44,134 bases of DNA from Schmidtea nova. Taxonomy: Eukaryota. Where the stretch lies: NCBI GenBank assembly GCA_044892505.1, contig CM097882.1, positions 454,708,001 to 454,752,134 of the forward strand, in the 5' to 3' direction. Made by a program: the position numbers and the translations under genes. The notes below the pieces were generated by a model. It was not told the DNA's origin. It was given only the letters and a program-made list of their open reading frames with translations, and ran no database searches. Within the stretch, counting starts at the first letter, position 1. Every line of letters begins with the position of its first letter. This document shows positions 1 to 11,600 of this stretch, one piece after another.

Positions 1-60
1 TATAAATAAAACGAGATCAAAGGAGAAACCAAAAGACAATTATGATAATAATATTTATAG
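1..60 (+). repeat. Copy of a dispersed repeat with core GATCAAAGG(T/A)GAAACCAAAAG (fold-back-associated family)
   Basis: AAATAAAACGAGATCAAAGGAGAAACCAAAAGA matches 29872-29905 and, reverse-complemented, 26740-26770 and 33990-34015. Confidence 0.65.
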
Positions 61-418
61 TAACAATAACAATATAATTAATAATACTTATAATAACAAT
101 AATTTAATTAATTTAATTTTTAAATTAGTGTAAGAATATTAATAATATTATTAAGACAATAGAATATTAAAAAATTATTAAATTCAAAATTCAAAATTTT
201 TATTTCAAAATATACAAAATCTAATTACTATATAAAAAACTCATTTAACAAAATATCCAATGAATTAATTTTTATATATAATAAATTAATGTCACAATAT
301 TTACCATATATTTTTTAATATTATGTGAGATTATTGTATATAAATTGATATTAAATTATCTAATTATTAAAATATGTATTAAATTATTATCAATTAAGAA
401 AATGGTTTATATTAAAAT

Positions 419-466
<48 letters not shown>
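419..466. repeat. Compound microsatellite (TA)11(TG)13
   Basis: Read directly from the sequence. Confidence 0.95.
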
Positions 467-892
467 ATAATAATAATAATTATTATTTTCTTCTTTGAAA
501 TGCATATAAAGCAACTCCTAAAGTTTTAATCTTAATAAATATTTTCTGCGTAATTAATTTGTAACTAATCCTAATTCCCGACAAATAATTCAGACTTGGT
601 TTTAAAAAGGGATTAATTAGTCTGCAGCTAATATAGTGAATGAAAATTAATTGGCGCTTCCTTCTTTCATAGTTCGAGTCGAATGAACAAAACGAAAATA
701 TAACAGAAAGGATTATTAGAATAATTTTAATATTTGGACTTTTCTAAATTTTTGATTCCGGTAGCTATGGTATTTCTAGGAATTAATATTTTGATTTATT
801 GTGTTTAATCAAGTTTCAGAATAATCTGAATTTTCATTTCATAAATGAAATTTCCATTTAAATGTTTTAATTATCTGAATTATAATTGTATT

Positions 893-1774
893 TGCTGAGT
901 TATTGGGTGGTTGGTGAAATTTAAAAGTTACCAAACAAATTCCTGACTCCGGATGCGTGTTTTATTAATCAACAGAATAACAATTACAACAAGAATCTTT
1001 ATTGATATCACAACTGGTTTCACAATTACTCTGGTACACTCAAATTAATAATCTGAGGCAATTATACAGTGCTTATTATGAAACTTATGTGAAGAATAAC
1101 ACTATTGTATAATCTCAGTCTGATTTAGATTTAATGAGGGGTAACCAACTATTTGTTTCCTTTGCTCTGACTTGAAACTCGGCTTAACAAACCCTTTCAA
1201 TAAATTTCTCAATAATCAATTTCTCAATAAATTTCTCAGTAACTTTCTCGATAAGTTCCTCAATAAATTCTTGTCATCAAACTTCTGTTACAAATTTTGC
1301 CATCACTCTTCTTATACAAATTCTCGCCGTAAAACTTCTATTATAAAACTGTACTCGTGATTATTTACTTTTTTCCCAATGCTGCCGCTGGTATTTGCTG
1401 TTTTCTTTTTCAGCTCCTGTGTTATCCATAACTGTTTGGCACTCGGGATAATTTGCTTTTTTTCCTTTATATCTCTGGCGTTTCCCATATGTTTTTTCCA
1501 GTTCCCGTGTTATCTCTGACAGCTGTCGGGATACCGGTCTTGTTTTTGTTTTGGAATTCCATTTTGTTTTCTTGCACTTATTAATTATAAGTGACTTTTC
1601 TTCGTTTTATTGTTGAATTTATTTTGTTTTGTTATTTTTTCCTCATTTCTCAATTTTTTTGCTTTTCTGTTTTCTTCTTCAAGTTCCAGAATAGTATTTC
1701 AATCACGATATCGGTTTCCCTCCAAGTTATTTCATTTATTTATAATATTATTTATTATTTAGGTATCCTCAGCA
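893..1774 (-). mobile_element. Solo LTR, family A (882 bp)
   Basis: Ends TGCTGAG...CTCAGCA form a perfect 7-bp inverted repeat; perfect 4-bp TSD TATT (889-892 / 1775-1778); homologous to 20797-21876 and 38643-39662 (AGGATACCTAAAT end, GTTATCTCTGAC block, conserved stem-loop). Orientation inferred from TATA/AATAAA order in the other copies. Confidence 0.85.
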
Positions 1775-2556
1775 TATTGGAATAGCATTTCGTAGAATTC
1801 AGGTGCTAAGTGAAAAATCTGTTGTTGCAAACTTTGTCCAATTTTATTATTATATTCTTGTTAATCAAAGAAATCCTTGATTCAATAGTAAAAATAATTA
1901 AAATAAAAAATTTTACAGTTAAAACAATAAATTAATAATATTTCAAATGCTTTCAATCCAGAGTCTATTTAACATTTAAAATGTAACATTTGATGGATAT
2001 GCATTTTAATAAATAAATTATATCATTCTTCTCTTTTATATTTTATTACATTTTCCCAAATAAATCACTTCAAATGAAAAAGACCCCCGAAAATAAAGCG
2101 CATTTATAATCATAATTCACTGATATTATAAATTACATGTGCAAAATTGTCATAAATATGTCATCTTAATCAAATGTTCATCAATTTTTGATTATTTTAT
2201 GATAAAAATACGTTAAAAAACATGCAAATATTTATTTGATGAAAAACGCCATTTATAAAACCTAAGTGCTATATAATTCGACAGACTCCCTGTCCTCTAT
2301 AGGAAAGAGGTATACAGAGAAACAAATTAAAAACAAATTAAAAAATATAATTACTTAAATTTTTAATTTTAAAATTATTTTAATAAACGTATATTTTTAA
2401 TTTATTTAAAATCAATATAAAAATTATTTTTTTAAAATATTTTAAAATTTTAATTATCAGGGAAATTTTTATTTTTTTTAATTTTTAAAACAAAACTATT
2501 TTTATCAAGCAAACATCAAAAAACTATTTAAAAATATTAAAAATACCCATGTTCAC

Positions 2557-2861
2557 TGAAAGGGTAGAATTCACGTTTAAATTAAAATTGCTAATAAACA
2601 TTTAAATTGTATTTGTCAGATTTCATAAATTTTTATTTAAACATCTTAAATTAATTAATTAAATTAATCTTAAAATATATGTTAATTCTTATTTAAAAAT
2701 TATCCAGCATTTGAATCAATATCAGAATTACAGAAGAATAGCCTTCAAGTTTTTGTTTAAATATTTGGAAAAAAAGCGAAGTTTTAAATTTAATAAATTT
2801 TGTTGCTGATTTAATTTTTTAATGGATGCCGAAAACGAATTTGAGATCGTTGCTGCTAATA
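2557..2861 (+). repeat. LTR 1 (305 bp, TGAAAG...CTAATA)
   Basis: Appears identical to LTR 3 by eye; immediately followed by the PBS; AATAAA at 2792-2797. Confidence 0.92.
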
Positions 2862-3901
2862 TGGCGACCACGCCAACAAACCTATTGATTAGCAGGATGT
2901 TACCAGAAAGATTCCACAGAGACGATGACTTGGAAGAATTCATCAAAGAATGTCAAAAGTGTTTTAATATAACGAAAATATCTGTCGAAATGCAGATGAT
3001 TCTGGTTACCACACTGTTGGATAAACCATTATATGATGAATATGAAAAAGCAGAAGGAAAAACATTCGAGGAAAAGCTCAGAACAGCATTTTCGAGGCCA
3101 AAATCATTATTTGAAGACTTAAAAGAAGCTCTTAATTATGAACAAGGATCCGATTCAGCAGACCGATTCATTGAAAAAGTGGAGAAATTAACCAAAGGAT
3201 TATTACGACATGAGTGGAACGAAGAAGAAATTAAAAAATGTCTGCTCATGAATGGAACTCGAGAAAAAAAAGTTAAAAAAGAAATAGAAATGCAAGAACT
3301 AAAGACGTCAGAAGAAATTAAAAGCACAATTAGAAAAGTTGAGAAAGTGAATAAAGCTATAAGCCATGTTAACACTATTCGACCTATAGCATATCCGAAA
3401 CCTGCCAAAAGCTACAGAGATGCCGTTCAGAGACCTGCACAGACAAATGTAATTCCGATGTCAAAACCATTGGAAGTGACTAAAAACGTCGTATGCTGGA
3501 CATGCCAGAAACCAGGCCATATAAGCCGGGAATGTTCTATAAAGAGGAAGATTCAGTGTTTTGGATGTGGATTATATGGACACGTACGCCGAGAATGTCC
3601 AAACATCCAGTGTAGGAGATGTCATCTACGAGGTCACAAAGAAACTGAATGCTATACAAACCTAGAAAGATTTAAGCCGAAAATGAACCAACATGGAAGG
3701 AACAACGCAGCATATCAAAATAAAGGGGACCGATTTCAACAAAACAATCAGTATAATAGAAGAGAGGTTGCAGCAATTGGAAATCAAGATGCAAACTATC
3801 AAGTAAATTATTCAAGTGAAGCCGAAGAGAAATACGAAGAAATGCCATACCTAAACGAGGAAGCTCCATCACAGGAGGCGATGATCGGAGCCATTTATTA
3901 G
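2822..3901 (+). CDS. Gag, copy 1 (359 aa; alternative start at 2861, MATTPT)
   Basis: Three CX2CX4HX4C knuckles (CWTCQKPGHISREC, CFGCGLYGHVRREC, CRRCHLRGHKETEC); open frame beginning inside the LTR. Confidence 0.9.
   Translation: MDAENEFEIVAANMATTPTNLLISRMLPERFHRDDDLEEFIKECQKCFNITKISVEMQMILVTTLLDKPLYDEYEKAEGKTFEEKLRTAFSRPKSLFEDLKEALNYEQGSDSADRFIEKVEKLTKGLLRHEWNEEEIKKCLLMNGTREKKVKKEIEMQELKTSEEIKSTIRKVEKVNKAISHVNTIRPIAYPKPAKSYRDAVQRPAQTNVIPMSKPLEVTKNVVCWTCQKPGHISRECSIKRKIQCFGCGLYGHVRRECPNIQCRRCHLRGHKETECYTNLERFKPKMNQHGRNNAAYQNKGDRFQQNNQYNRREVAAIGNQDANYQVNYSSEAEEKYEEMPYLNEEAPSQEAMIGAIY
2862..2872 (+). promoter_or_regulatory. Primer-binding site TGGCGACCACG (tRNA-Arg(UCG)-like)
   Basis: TGG directly after the LTR; 11 nt complementary to the ...CGTGGTCG-CCA 3' end typical of metazoan tRNA-Arg(UCG), recalled rather than searched. 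Second copy at 7589-7599. Confidence 0.75.
3850..3891 (+). promoter_or_regulatory. -1 frameshift cassette, copy 1 (slippery site degraded to C_CTA_AAC)
   Basis: Pol frame is -1 to gag and open from 3820; 6-nt spacer, then hairpin GCTCC-ATCA...TGAT-C-GGAGC. Confidence 0.6.
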
Positions 3902-6900
3902 GTAATTTTGATTTTGATGAAAATGCTGGTTATAATAATTTAAATAATTTGAATAATGTAAATAATTTGAATAATGTAAATAATTTTAATAATGTAAATA
4001 ATTTTAATTTTGTTAGTAAAGATTTATGTAATAATATTGATAATAAAACTAATTTTAATGTTTATAAAAGTGGCAGTATAGATCAGAAAAATGAAAACAG
4101 AAAACTAATGTGTAGCGATGAAAGAACTGGAGAAAAAGTATATAGATTCCTAAAAAAGACATTTGATATGAATGAAGATAAGATTATGTGGATTAATGAA
4201 ATTTCCGATAGTATAAAGAATAAAGTGGAACAAAATATATTTACAAAAGACGAATGGAGAAGACCTCGTATGACTTATCATAAAATGCAAGGTAGACCAA
4301 GTATAACACTTGAAATTCAGGGCCGCAGAATTGAGTGTCTCTTAGATACAGGAGCACGAATTAATGTTATGTCTAAAGCGGTACTGGATAAACTGGACAA
4401 AGTCGAGATAATAAAAACAGATGAAATGCTAAGGTGTGCAAATGACAGTAAATTGGAGACTATCGGTAAAATTCAAATTGATGTAAAGATAGGGAAACTA
4501 ACAAAAATAGTGACCTTTACTGTAGTCCAAAACATTGTCCCAGATGTTATTGGAGGTGTAGAATTACAGAAACAATTCGGTATTGAATTAAGATGGATTC
4601 AAGAGGATGAAATAATATATAACGAACGTATATGTGAAATTGATGCTAAATTTGGGAGGAATATTACAAATGAATAAAGATTCCAATATGCGATAGAGAA
4701 GTTGAAAGTAAAAGAAGATAAATTCCTTTTAGAAATTATCAAGAGAAATAAATGTGTTTTCATGGCTGACAAGTGGGATATTGGATGCACTGATTTAATT
4801 GAACATAAAATTGAAACAACTGGTGGACCAATAATGATAAAGCCAAGAAGGCAGCCTATAAACTTGGAAGAGAAAATAAACATGGCCATTAAAAATCTGG
4901 AGGATAATAATATTATAAGGAAGTGTAATTCACCTTGGAACACCCCATTAGTGTGCGTTTGGAAAAAAGAAAAGAAGGATATCAGACTTTGTTTGGACTT
5001 TAGACAACTTAACAAAATTACTGAAAGGCAAGCGTTCCCGATGCCCAATGTCGAGGAGATCTTAGATGCTTTGCATGGAACTAGATATTTTAGTTCCATT
5101 GACCTTGGAAATGCATACTATCAGGTAAGATTGGATAGAGAATCACAGGAGAAAACAGCTTTTTCAACGAAAGAGGGACAATTCTGTTTTAATCGAATGC
5201 CATTTGGTATCGCAGCAGCACCAGGCACTTTTCAAGAGCTCATGACGAAGATATTAAAAGATTTATGGAAAGACGGAGTAATGGTTTATTTGGACGATAT
5301 ATAAATTTTTACGAATACAATGGAAGAACACTATAAACTGCTGGAAAGAGTATTGCAGAAAATTGCGGATGCTAAACTAAGAATTAACCCAGAAAAATGT
5401 CAAATACTGAAAAGTGAAGTGAAATTCTTAGGCCATATTATAAATAAAGGCGGCATTCAAACTGATCAAAGCAAAATTGAAGCTATTCAATCATTCCAAA
5501 GGCCAAAATGTGTGAAAAATTTAAGAAGTTTCTTGGGAATTTGCAACTATTATCGAAGATTTATTAAAGACTACGCAAAGAAGTCAAGAGCTTTAGAGAG
5601 TATATGTGGTAAAAATAGCGACAAAATAATTTGGAATGAAAATTGTGAGCAGGCTTTTGAGAATATGAAATTCGCATTGAAAACCGCACCGATCTTGGTA
5701 TTTCCGGATTTTAAGAAAGAATTCATATTGGATACGGACGTAAGTTTTGATACGATTGGCGCAGTCTTATCACAGAAGGATGACAGGGGATATGAGCAAG
5801 TTATCGCATATTTATCACATGCGATGAATGATCATGAAAAGGGTTATTGTATTACAAGAAAAGAACTTCTGGCTATATACTATTTTTGTCGACATTTCAA
5901 CCACTATTTATATGGAAAAAGATTCACACTACGTACAGATCATAAGGCAATAACATTTATGCTAACAACAAAGAAGCCAATTACAGCTCAATTCCAGACG
6001 TGGATAAACTATTTAAGCAGCCTTGATATAAAAATGGAATTTAGAAAAGGCACATTACACGCTAACGCAGACATGCTATCGAGGAAAACGTGTGGCACAT
6101 GTGTGCAATGCCTTATGGATCACGATAATCCTAAAATAGGAAGAATGAAAACCAGATTGTTAAATATAATGACTGAAGGGAAAGGAGAAGAATGGCAAAG
6201 AAATAGTGAAGAAATAGAAGACATAAAAAAAATAAAATAAGAACTCAACCAAGTAAAAGGTTTATAATAAAAGATAACATTATTTACACCAAAGAAAAAA
6301 GAATATGGATACCAGAAAGTAAAAGAAGAGAAATGATTAAGAAAACACATTTATTATTATGTCATGCCGGAGTTGATAAAGTTATCAAATACATCCAAAA
6401 CAATTTTGATATGAGAGATTTAATAAATGAGGTAAGAACAACAATATCAAACTGCGAATCGTGCCAAAAAGTTAAAGTTGTAACTACAAAGATGAAAGAG
6501 AAACCAAAAGTACTTGAAGCATCAGAACCTTTCGAGAAAATATATATGGACATCTGTGGCCCAATGAAAGAAACATTTAACAGGAAAAGATACATTTGCG
6601 CAATAATCGACCATTACAGTAAATACATTTTGCTAACAGCAATAAATAAACAGGATGAAGAGACAATTGGGAAGATATTGTTAAACAATTGGATTCTAAA
6701 GTTTGGGGCACCCAAGGAACTACATGTAGATTGCGGGAAAACATTCGAAGCGAATAGCATAAAGAACATAAGCAAGAAAGCAGGGATCGAAATAGTGTAT
6801 TCGAGTCCATATCATCATAATACGAATGGTATAATCGAAAGACAATTCCGGACAATAAGAGATTTTATTAATGCATCGCTGAAAGACGGAAATGCAAAAG

Positions 6901-7271
6901 ACTGGGCAGATCTTATTCCAGATATAGAATATACACTCAACGCAACAATCCAAAAAACAACGGGAGTAAGTCCAGCTGAAATTGTTTTTGGTAGGAGAAT
7001 TGATAGATCGAAATGGTATAGTGATAGTAGAATCAACCGAAAAGAAATAGCATTGAAAATTGAAAGTAAAAGACTAAATGACGAAACACCAACTGCAAGG
7101 AAGTTGGAAGTGGGAGACAAAGTGTTAATCAAACGAGAAATACGAAACAAGGATCAAGATAGGTATGAAGGACCATACACGGTAACAAGACGAATACACG
7201 ATCGTAGTTATGAGCTGAGAGATAAATATGGAAAGTCTTTAATCAGGAATATTGAAAAGATTAAAGAATTT

Positions 7272-7283
7272 AAAGAAGGGGGA
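7272..7283 (+). promoter_or_regulatory. Polypurine tract AAAGAAGGGGGA (second copy 11999-12010)
   Basis: All-purine run directly 5' of the LTR TG. Confidence 0.85.
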
Positions 7284-7588
7284 TGAAAGGGTAGAATTCA
7301 CGTTTAAATTAAAATTGCTAATAAACATTTAAATTGTATTTGTCAGATTTCATAAATTTTTATTTAAACATCTTAAATTAATTAATTAAATTAATCTTAA
7401 AATATATGTTAATTCTTATTTAAAAATTATCCAGCATTTGAATCAATATCAGAATTACAGAAGAATAGCCTTCAAGTTTTTGTTTAAATATTTGGAAAAA
7501 AAGCGAAGTTTTAAATTTAATAAATTTTGTTGCTGATTTAATTTTTTAATGGATGCCGAAAACGAATTTAAGATCGTTGCTGCTAATA
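7284..7588 (+). repeat. Shared central LTR 2
   Basis: One G>A difference (GAATTTAAGA) from LTR 1 and LTR 3; preceded by a PPT and followed by a PBS. Confidence 0.92.
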
Positions 7589-8628
7589 TGGCGACCACGC
7601 CAACAAACCTATTGATTAGCAGGATGTTACCAGAAAGATTCCACAGAGACGATGACTTGGAAGAATTCATCAAAGAATGTCAAAAGTTTTTTAATATAAC
7701 GAAAATATCTGTCGAAATGCATATGATTCTGGTTACCACACTGTTGGATAAACCATTATATGATGAATATGAAAAAGCAGAAGGAAAAACATTCGAGGAA
7801 AAGCTCAGAACAGCATTTTCGAGGCCAAAATCATTATTTGAAGTTTTAAAAGAAGCTCTTAATTATGAACAAGGATCCGATTCAGCAGACCGATTCATTG
7901 AAAAAGTGGAGAAATTAACCAAAAGATTATTACGACATGAGTGGAACGAAGAAGAAATTAAAAAATGTCTGCTCATGAATGGAACTCGAGAAAAAAAAGT
8001 TAAAAAAGAAATAGAAATGCAAGAACTAAAGACGTCAGAAGAAATTAAAAGCACAATTAGAAAAGTTGAGAAAGTGAATAAAGCTATAAGCCATGTTAAC
8101 ACTATTCGACCTATAGCATATCCGAAACCTGCCAAAAGCTACAGAGATGCCGTTCAGAGACCTGCACAGACAAATGTAATTCCGATGTCAAAACCATTGG
8201 AAGTGACTAAAAACGTCGTATGCTGGACATGCCAGAAACCAGGCCATATAAGCCGGGAATGTTCTATAAAGAGGAAGATTCAGTGTTTTGGATGTGGATT
8301 ATATGGACACGTACGCCGAGAATGTCCAAACATCCAGTGTAGGAGATGTCATCTACGAGGTCACAAAGAAACTGAATGCTATACAAACCTAGAAAGATTT
8401 AAGCCGAAAATGAACCAACATGGAAGGAACAATGCAGCATATCAAAATAAAGGGGACCGATTTCAACAAAACAATCAGTATAATAGAAGAGAGGTTGCAG
8501 CAATTGGAAATCAAGATGCAAACAATCAAGTAAATTATTCAAGTGAAGCCGAAGAGAAATACGAAGAAATGCCATACCCAAACGAGGAAGCTCCATCACA
8601 GGAGGCGATGATCGGAGCCATTTATTAG
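7549..8628 (+). CDS. Gag, copy 2 (359 aa)
   Basis: Seven amino-acid differences from copy 1; same three zinc knuckles. Confidence 0.9.
   Translation: MDAENEFKIVAANMATTPTNLLISRMLPERFHRDDDLEEFIKECQKFFNITKISVEMHMILVTTLLDKPLYDEYEKAEGKTFEEKLRTAFSRPKSLFEVLKEALNYEQGSDSADRFIEKVEKLTKRLLRHEWNEEEIKKCLLMNGTREKKVKKEIEMQELKTSEEIKSTIRKVEKVNKAISHVNTIRPIAYPKPAKSYRDAVQRPAQTNVIPMSKPLEVTKNVVCWTCQKPGHISRECSIKRKIQCFGCGLYGHVRRECPNIQCRRCHLRGHKETECYTNLERFKPKMNQHGRNNAAYQNKGDRFQQNNQYNRREVAAIGNQDANNQVNYSSEAEEKYEEMPYPNEEAPSQEAMIGAIY
8577..8618 (+). promoter_or_regulatory. -1 ribosomal frameshift cassette, copy 2 (C_CCA_AAC + hairpin)
   Basis: Canonical X_XXY_YYZ heptamer in the gag frame, 6-nt spacer, 9-10-bp stem at 8590-8618, inside the gag/pol overlap. 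Confidence 0.75.
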
Positions 8629-11600
8629 GTAATTTTGATTTTGATGAAAATGCTGGTTATAATAATTTAAATAATTTGAATAATGTAAATAATTTGAATA
8701 ATGTAAATAATTTTAATAATGTAAATAATTTTAATTTTGTTAGTAAAGATTTATGTAATAATATTGATAATAAAACTAATTTTAATGTTTATAAAAGTGG
8801 CAGTATAGATCAGAAAAATGAAAACAGAAAACTAATGTGTAGCGATGAAAGAACTGGAGAAAAAGTATATAGATTCCTAAAAAAGACATTTGATATGAAT
8901 GAAGATAAGATTATGTGGATTAATGAAATTTCCGATAGTATAAAGAATAAAGTGGAACAAAATATATTTACAAAAGACGAATGGAGAAGACCTCGTATGA
9001 CTTATCATAAAATGCAAGGTAGACCAAGTATAACACTTGAAATTCAGGGCCGCAGAATTGAGTGTCTCTTAGATACAGGAGCACGAATTAATGTTATGTC
9101 TAAAGCGGTACTGGATAAACTGGACAAAGTCGAGATAATAAAAACAGATGAAATGCTAAGGTGTGCAAATGACAGTAAATTGGAGACTATCGGTAAAATT
9201 CAAATTGATGTAAAGATAGGGAAACTAACAAAAATAGTGACCTTTACTGTAGTCCAAAACATTGTCCCAGATGTTATTGGAGGTGTAGAATTACAGAAAC
9301 AATTCGGTATTGAATTAAGATGGATTCAAGAGGATGAAATAATATATAACGAACGTATATGTGAAATTGATGCTAAATTTGGGAGGAATATTACAAATGA
9401 ATAAAGATTCCAATATGCGATAGAGAAGTTGAAAGTAAAAGAAGATAAATTCCTTTTAGAAATTATCAAGAGAAATAAATGTGTTTTCATGGCTGACAAG
9501 TGGGATATTGGATGCACTGATTTAATTGAACATAAAATTGAAACAACTGGTGGACCAATAATGATAAAGCCAAGAAGGCAGCCTATAAACTTGGAAGAGA
9601 AAATAAACATGGCCATTAAAAATCTGGAGGATAATAATATTATAAGGAAGTGTAATTCACCTTGGAACACCCCATTAGTGTGCGTTTGGAAAAAAGAAAA
9701 GAAGGATATCAGACTTTGTTTGGACTTTAGACAACTTAACAAAATTACTGAAAGGCAAGCGTTCCCGATGCCCAATGTCGAGGAGATCTTAGATGCTTTG
9801 CATGGAACTAGATATTTTAGTTCCATTGACCTTGGAAATGCATACTATCAGGTAAGATTGGATAGAGAATCACAGGAGAAAACAGCTTTTTCAACGAAAG
9901 AGGGACAATTCTGTTTTAATCGAATGCCATTTGGTATCGCAGCAGCACCAGGCACTTTTCAAGAGCTCATGACGAAGATATTAAAAGATTTATGGAAAGA
10001 CGGAGTAATGGTTTATTTGGACGATATATTAATTTTTACGAATACAATGGAAGAACACTATAAACTGCTGGAAAGAGTATTGCAGAAAATTGCGGATGCT
10101 AAACTAAGAATTAACCCAGAAAAATGTCAAATACTGAAAAGTGAAGTGAAATTCTTAGGCCATATTATAAATAAAGGCGGCATTCAAACTGATCAAAGCA
10201 AAATTGAAGCTATTCAATCATTCCAAAGGCCAAAATGTGTGAAAAATTTAAGAAGTTTCTTGGGAATTTGCAACTATTATCGAAGATTTATTAAAGACTA
10301 CGCAAAGAAGTCAAGAGCTTTAGAGAGTATATGTGGTAAAAATAGCGACAAAATAATTTGGAATGAAAATTGTGAGCAGGCTTTTGAGAATATGAAATTC
10401 GCATTGAAAACCGCACCGATCTTGGTATTTCCGGATTTTAAGAAAGAATTCATATTGGATACGGACGTAAGTTTTGATACGATTGGCGCAGTCTTATCAC
10501 AGAAGGATGACAGGGGATATGAGCAAGTTATCGCATATTTATCACATGCGATGAATGATCATGAAAAGGGTTATTGTATTACAAGAAAAGAACTTCTGGC
10601 TATATACTATTTTTGTCGACATTTCAACCACTATTTATATGGAAAAAGATTCACACTACGTACAGATCATAAGGCAATAACATTTATGCTAACAACAAAG
10701 AAGCCAATTACAGCTCAATTCCAGACGTGGATAAACTATTTAAGCAGCCTTGATATAAAAATGGAATTTAGAAAAGGCACATTACACGCTAACGCAGACA
10801 TGCTATCGAGGAAAACGTGTGGCACATGTGTGCAATGCCTTATGGATCACGATAATCCTAAAATAGGAAGAATGAAAACCAGATTGTTAAATATAATGAC
10901 TGAAGGGAAAGGAGAAGAATGGCAAAGAAATAGTGAAGAAATAGAAGACATAAAAAAAATAAAATAAGAACTCAACCAAGTAAAAGGTTTATAATAAAAG
11001 ATAACATTATTTACACCAAAGAAAAAAGAATATGGATACCAGAAAGTAAAAGAAGAGAAATGATTAAGAAAACACATTTATTATTATGTCATGCCGGAGT
11101 TGATAAAGTTATCAAATACATCCAAAACAATTTTGATATGAGAGATTTAATAAATGAGGTAAGAACAACAATATCAAACTGCGAATCGTGCCAAAAAGTT
11201 AAAGTTGTAACTACAAAGATGAAAGAGAAACCAAAAGTACTTGAAGCATCAGAACCTTTCGAGAAAATATATATGGACATCTGTGGCCCAATGAAAGAAA
11301 CATTTAACAGGAAAAGATACATTTGCGCAATAATCGACCATTACAGTAAATACATTTTGCTAACAGCAATAAATAAACAGGATGAAGAGACAATTGGGAA
11401 GATATTGTTAAACAATTGGATTCTAAAGTTTGGGGCACCCAAGGAACTACATGTAGATTGCGGGAAAACATTCGAAGCGAATAGCATAAAGAACATAAGC
11501 AAGAAAGCAGGGATCGAAATAGTGTATTCGAGTCCATATCATCATAATACGAATGGTATAATCGAAAGACAATTCCGGACAATAAGAGATTTTATTAATG

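Larger units (their letters stand above)
3850..7286 (+). pseudogene. Pol, copy 1 (PR-RT-RH-INT), disrupted
   Basis: LLDTGA protease, YLDD RT, RNase H (DTDVS, ELLA, TDH), integrase HHCC + D-D-E + GPY. Stops at 4675-4677 and 5302-5304; -1 frame break at the A8 run 6225-6232. Confidence 0.92.

Noticed and set aside
1076-1096. ATGA...GA in the LTR hairpin as a SECIS element or hammerhead core
   Set aside because: Spacing is too short for a SECIS, ATGA is not kept in the other two copies, and no CTGATGA/GAAA three-way junction is present.
1591-1785. Three short hydrophobic ORFs sharing a (Y/N)LGIL motif (1591, 20780, 38632)
   Set aside because: The motif is the translation of the conserved LTR end TTAGGTATCCT; starts are non-ATG and the rest is not conserved as protein.
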